DNA of 64,000 nucleotides from a bacterium (GTDB lineage Bacteria; Zhuqueibacterota; Zhuqueibacteria; Oceanimicrobiales; Oceanimicrobiaceae): NCBI GenBank assembly GCA_046757025.1, contig JBHHXN010000001.1, positions 59,185 to 123,184 of the forward strand, read 5' to 3'. Shown piece by piece: positions 62,392 to 64,000 of this stretch (position 1 is its first letter; each line of letters starts with the position of its first letter). The notes under the pieces were generated by a model. It saw only the letters and a program-made list of their open reading frames with translations, ran no database searches and was not told where the DNA came from. The position numbers and the translations under genes were made by a program.

Positions 62392-63927
62392 ATGAGTAAG
62401 CAGTTGTTTTCGAAATTGTTGCCGGATGGAAATTATGAAAAGCTGGCGTGGATTGTCAGCTGTTTCATGCTTTTGTTTCTTTTGTTCGTGAGTCAATTTC
62501 ATAGAATGGGAGGATACGGGGTTGAAACCGATTTTTACTGGGCGTATGCACCAGATGCGCAGAATATCCTTGAGGGAAAAATGCCTGAAGAGCCCGGAGT
62601 CGGGCCGGGCTACGCGCTTGTGTTAGCTCTGTTCAATATTATTTTTAATGATTGGTTCACGGCTGGCAAAATGGTTTCCATCTTTTCAACTATTTTAGGC
62701 GGATATTTTACTTTTAAAATGATACAAAAAGTATTTGACGAAAAAATCGCATTTTATACTATGATTCTCTGGCAGGTTACGGTTTTGCCATTTGCCATCG
62801 TGGCCAGCACGGACATGTTTTTCGCGTTTCTGGTGGCCGTAGCCATATATTTTTTCTTCAGAAGCGAAGAGCTTGATTTGAAAAATTTGATTTTATCAGC
62901 CGGCTTTATGGGATACGCTTATCTGACTCGTCATAATGCTATCGTTCTTCCCATAGCTGTGGGCATCATTCTTTTATTGATCAATCCCTATGCCGTGAAT
63001 TGGATGCAGAGAATCAAGCCGCTTTTGGTTTTCACTGGCGCTTTTATCCTGCTCTATTTGCCGTGGTCCATTTTGTTGTTCGCAACCGGCGGGAATGCGG
63101 TGCGCAGCGACAGCTATTTGATCATCGCCAGTCACTTTTACGGCCGGCCTGGCATCATCGGTTCCGAAGACATGAGGTTGGCTGCTCAAAAATTTGATTC
63201 TCTCAAATCGGTTATCTTCTACGATGTCGCTTATTTTGTGAAGCATTACCTGTTCAATCTGTATCATCATTTTTACGATGTGTTGACACAGTCGCTGAAA
63301 TTCCCAACCCTGCTTTTTGTGGGCGCAGGCGGTTTTGTGCTGCTTCCCAAACTCAACAAACGACTATGGTCATTCTTGTTATTTCCTCTGTTGAGTTTTT
63401 TGATGTTGTGCCTAGTGCATTATGAGCCAAGATATTATTTGTACTTTATTGCTTTCTTCGTGTTGTTTGCGGTGTATTTTATTTTTCGAGAAAACAATCA
63501 ATTGCAAAATGTTCGTAAAATGAACCTTTTGAGAGGGGTGGTTTTTGGTGTAACGGTGCTGTTCGTTTTTGTTTTTTCTTTAAAGGAAATCAAGAAAACC
63601 ATTGCTGACGAACCGCGAGAATTGCTGGAAATGTCGCAGTTTTTACGCCAGCATACGGTTGAAAATCAGACGATCATTGCACGCAAGCCGCACATCGGAT
63701 TTTTATCAAATTTAGAAACCGTTTATTTTCCGCAAGTGAATTCCATTTCGGAGCTGTTGCAGTTCGCTGCGCAGGAAAAAGCGGACTACCTTTTTTATGG
63801 GGAGGAAGAGGCCAAGCGGCGCCCGGAGCTGCTGACTTTATTAGATCCACAGAACGCGCCGGATGAACTGGAGCCGTTGCTGGTTTGGGAGCATCCGAAA
63901 AGCGTCATTTACAAATTAAGAATATAA
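62392..63927 (+). CDS. Polytopic membrane protein, GT-C-like (ArnT/PMT-like) putative glycosyltransferase
   Basis: About 11 TM helices with a soluble C-terminal domain. The ATG at 62392 is preferred over the TTG at 62383. Family assignment is weak. Confidence 0.4.
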   Translation: MSKQLFSKLLPDGNYEKLAWIVSCFMLLFLLFVSQFHRMGGYGVETDFYWAYAPDAQNILEGKMPEEPGVGPGYALVLALFNIIFNDWFTAGKMVSIFSTILGGYFTFKMIQKVFDEKIAFYTMILWQVTVLPFAIVASTDMFFAFLVAVAIYFFFRSEELDLKNLILSAGFMGYAYLTRHNAIVLPIAVGIILLLINPYAVNWMQRIKPLLVFTGAFILLYLPWSILLFATGGNAVRSDSYLIIASHFYGRPGIIGSEDMRLAAQKFDSLKSVIFYDVAYFVKHYLFNLYHHFYDVLTQSLKFPTLLFVGAGGFVLLPKLNKRLWSFLLFPLLSFLMLCLVHYEPRYYLYFIAFFVLFAVYFIFRENNQLQNVRKMNLLRGVVFGVTVLFVFVFSLKEIKKTIADEPRELLEMSQFLRQHTVENQTIIARKPHIGFLSNLETVYFPQVNSISELLQFAAQEKADYLFYGEEEAKRRPELLTLLDPQNAPDELEPLLVWEHPKSVIYKLRI

Positions 63928-64000
63928 ATGATAAACCAAGCGAATTCTTTTTTGTCAATCTAAATTGTTTTAACTATTCATTTAAATAATCAAATAATTT

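Overview
The whole 64-kb window is one unidirectional (+ strand) surface-polysaccharide biosynthesis and modification locus; there are no rRNA, tRNA, CRISPR or transposase genes. Genes are tightly packed, often with overlapping stop and start codons. They include Leloir glycosyltransferases (GT4 x6, GT2 x4), three DPM1/ArnC-like polyprenyl-phosphate sugar synthases paired with three GT-C (ArnT/PMT-like) membrane transferases, two Wzx-like flippases, a Wzy/O-antigen-ligase-like protein, an SDR epimerase, and an SDR::Gfo/Idh/MocA fusion oxidoreductase. A carbamoyl-phosphate synthetase pair (carA-carB) sits between the GT genes and next to a NodU/CmcH-type O-carbamoyltransferase, which is followed by two small SxtJ/SxtK-like ORFs; a second carbamoyltransferase lies 13 kb downstream. 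Also present are a class I methyltransferase, a GH39-like hydrolase, a membrane-anchored heparinase II/III-like protein, a FemAB-like/CE4 deacetylase pair, and a PAPS-synthesis module (ATP sulfurylase fused to an alkaline-phosphatase-fold domain, plus APS kinase). That module is embedded among eight alkaline-phosphatase-superfamily paralogs, none of which has the sulfatase formylglycine motif. Three things look unusual. (1) Seven functionally unrelated proteins (LtaS-like enzymes, an AlkP-like enzyme, APS kinase, a small membrane protein and an RHH regulator) all end with the same C-terminal peptide, ...[KR]L[KRSQ]xLGY[IL]-COOH. (2) A PAPS pathway is present with no canonical sulfotransferase but with many AlkP-fold paralogs. 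(3) A family of palindromic intergenic repeats with GTCAT...ATGAC termini occurs upstream of operon starts; three copies are followed by a conserved 22-nt box, and TTGGC-type heptamer arrays lie at 15.8 kb and 39.6 kb. The predicted product is a carbamoylated, methylated and possibly sulfated heteropolysaccharide made by a Wzx/Wzy-type pathway.
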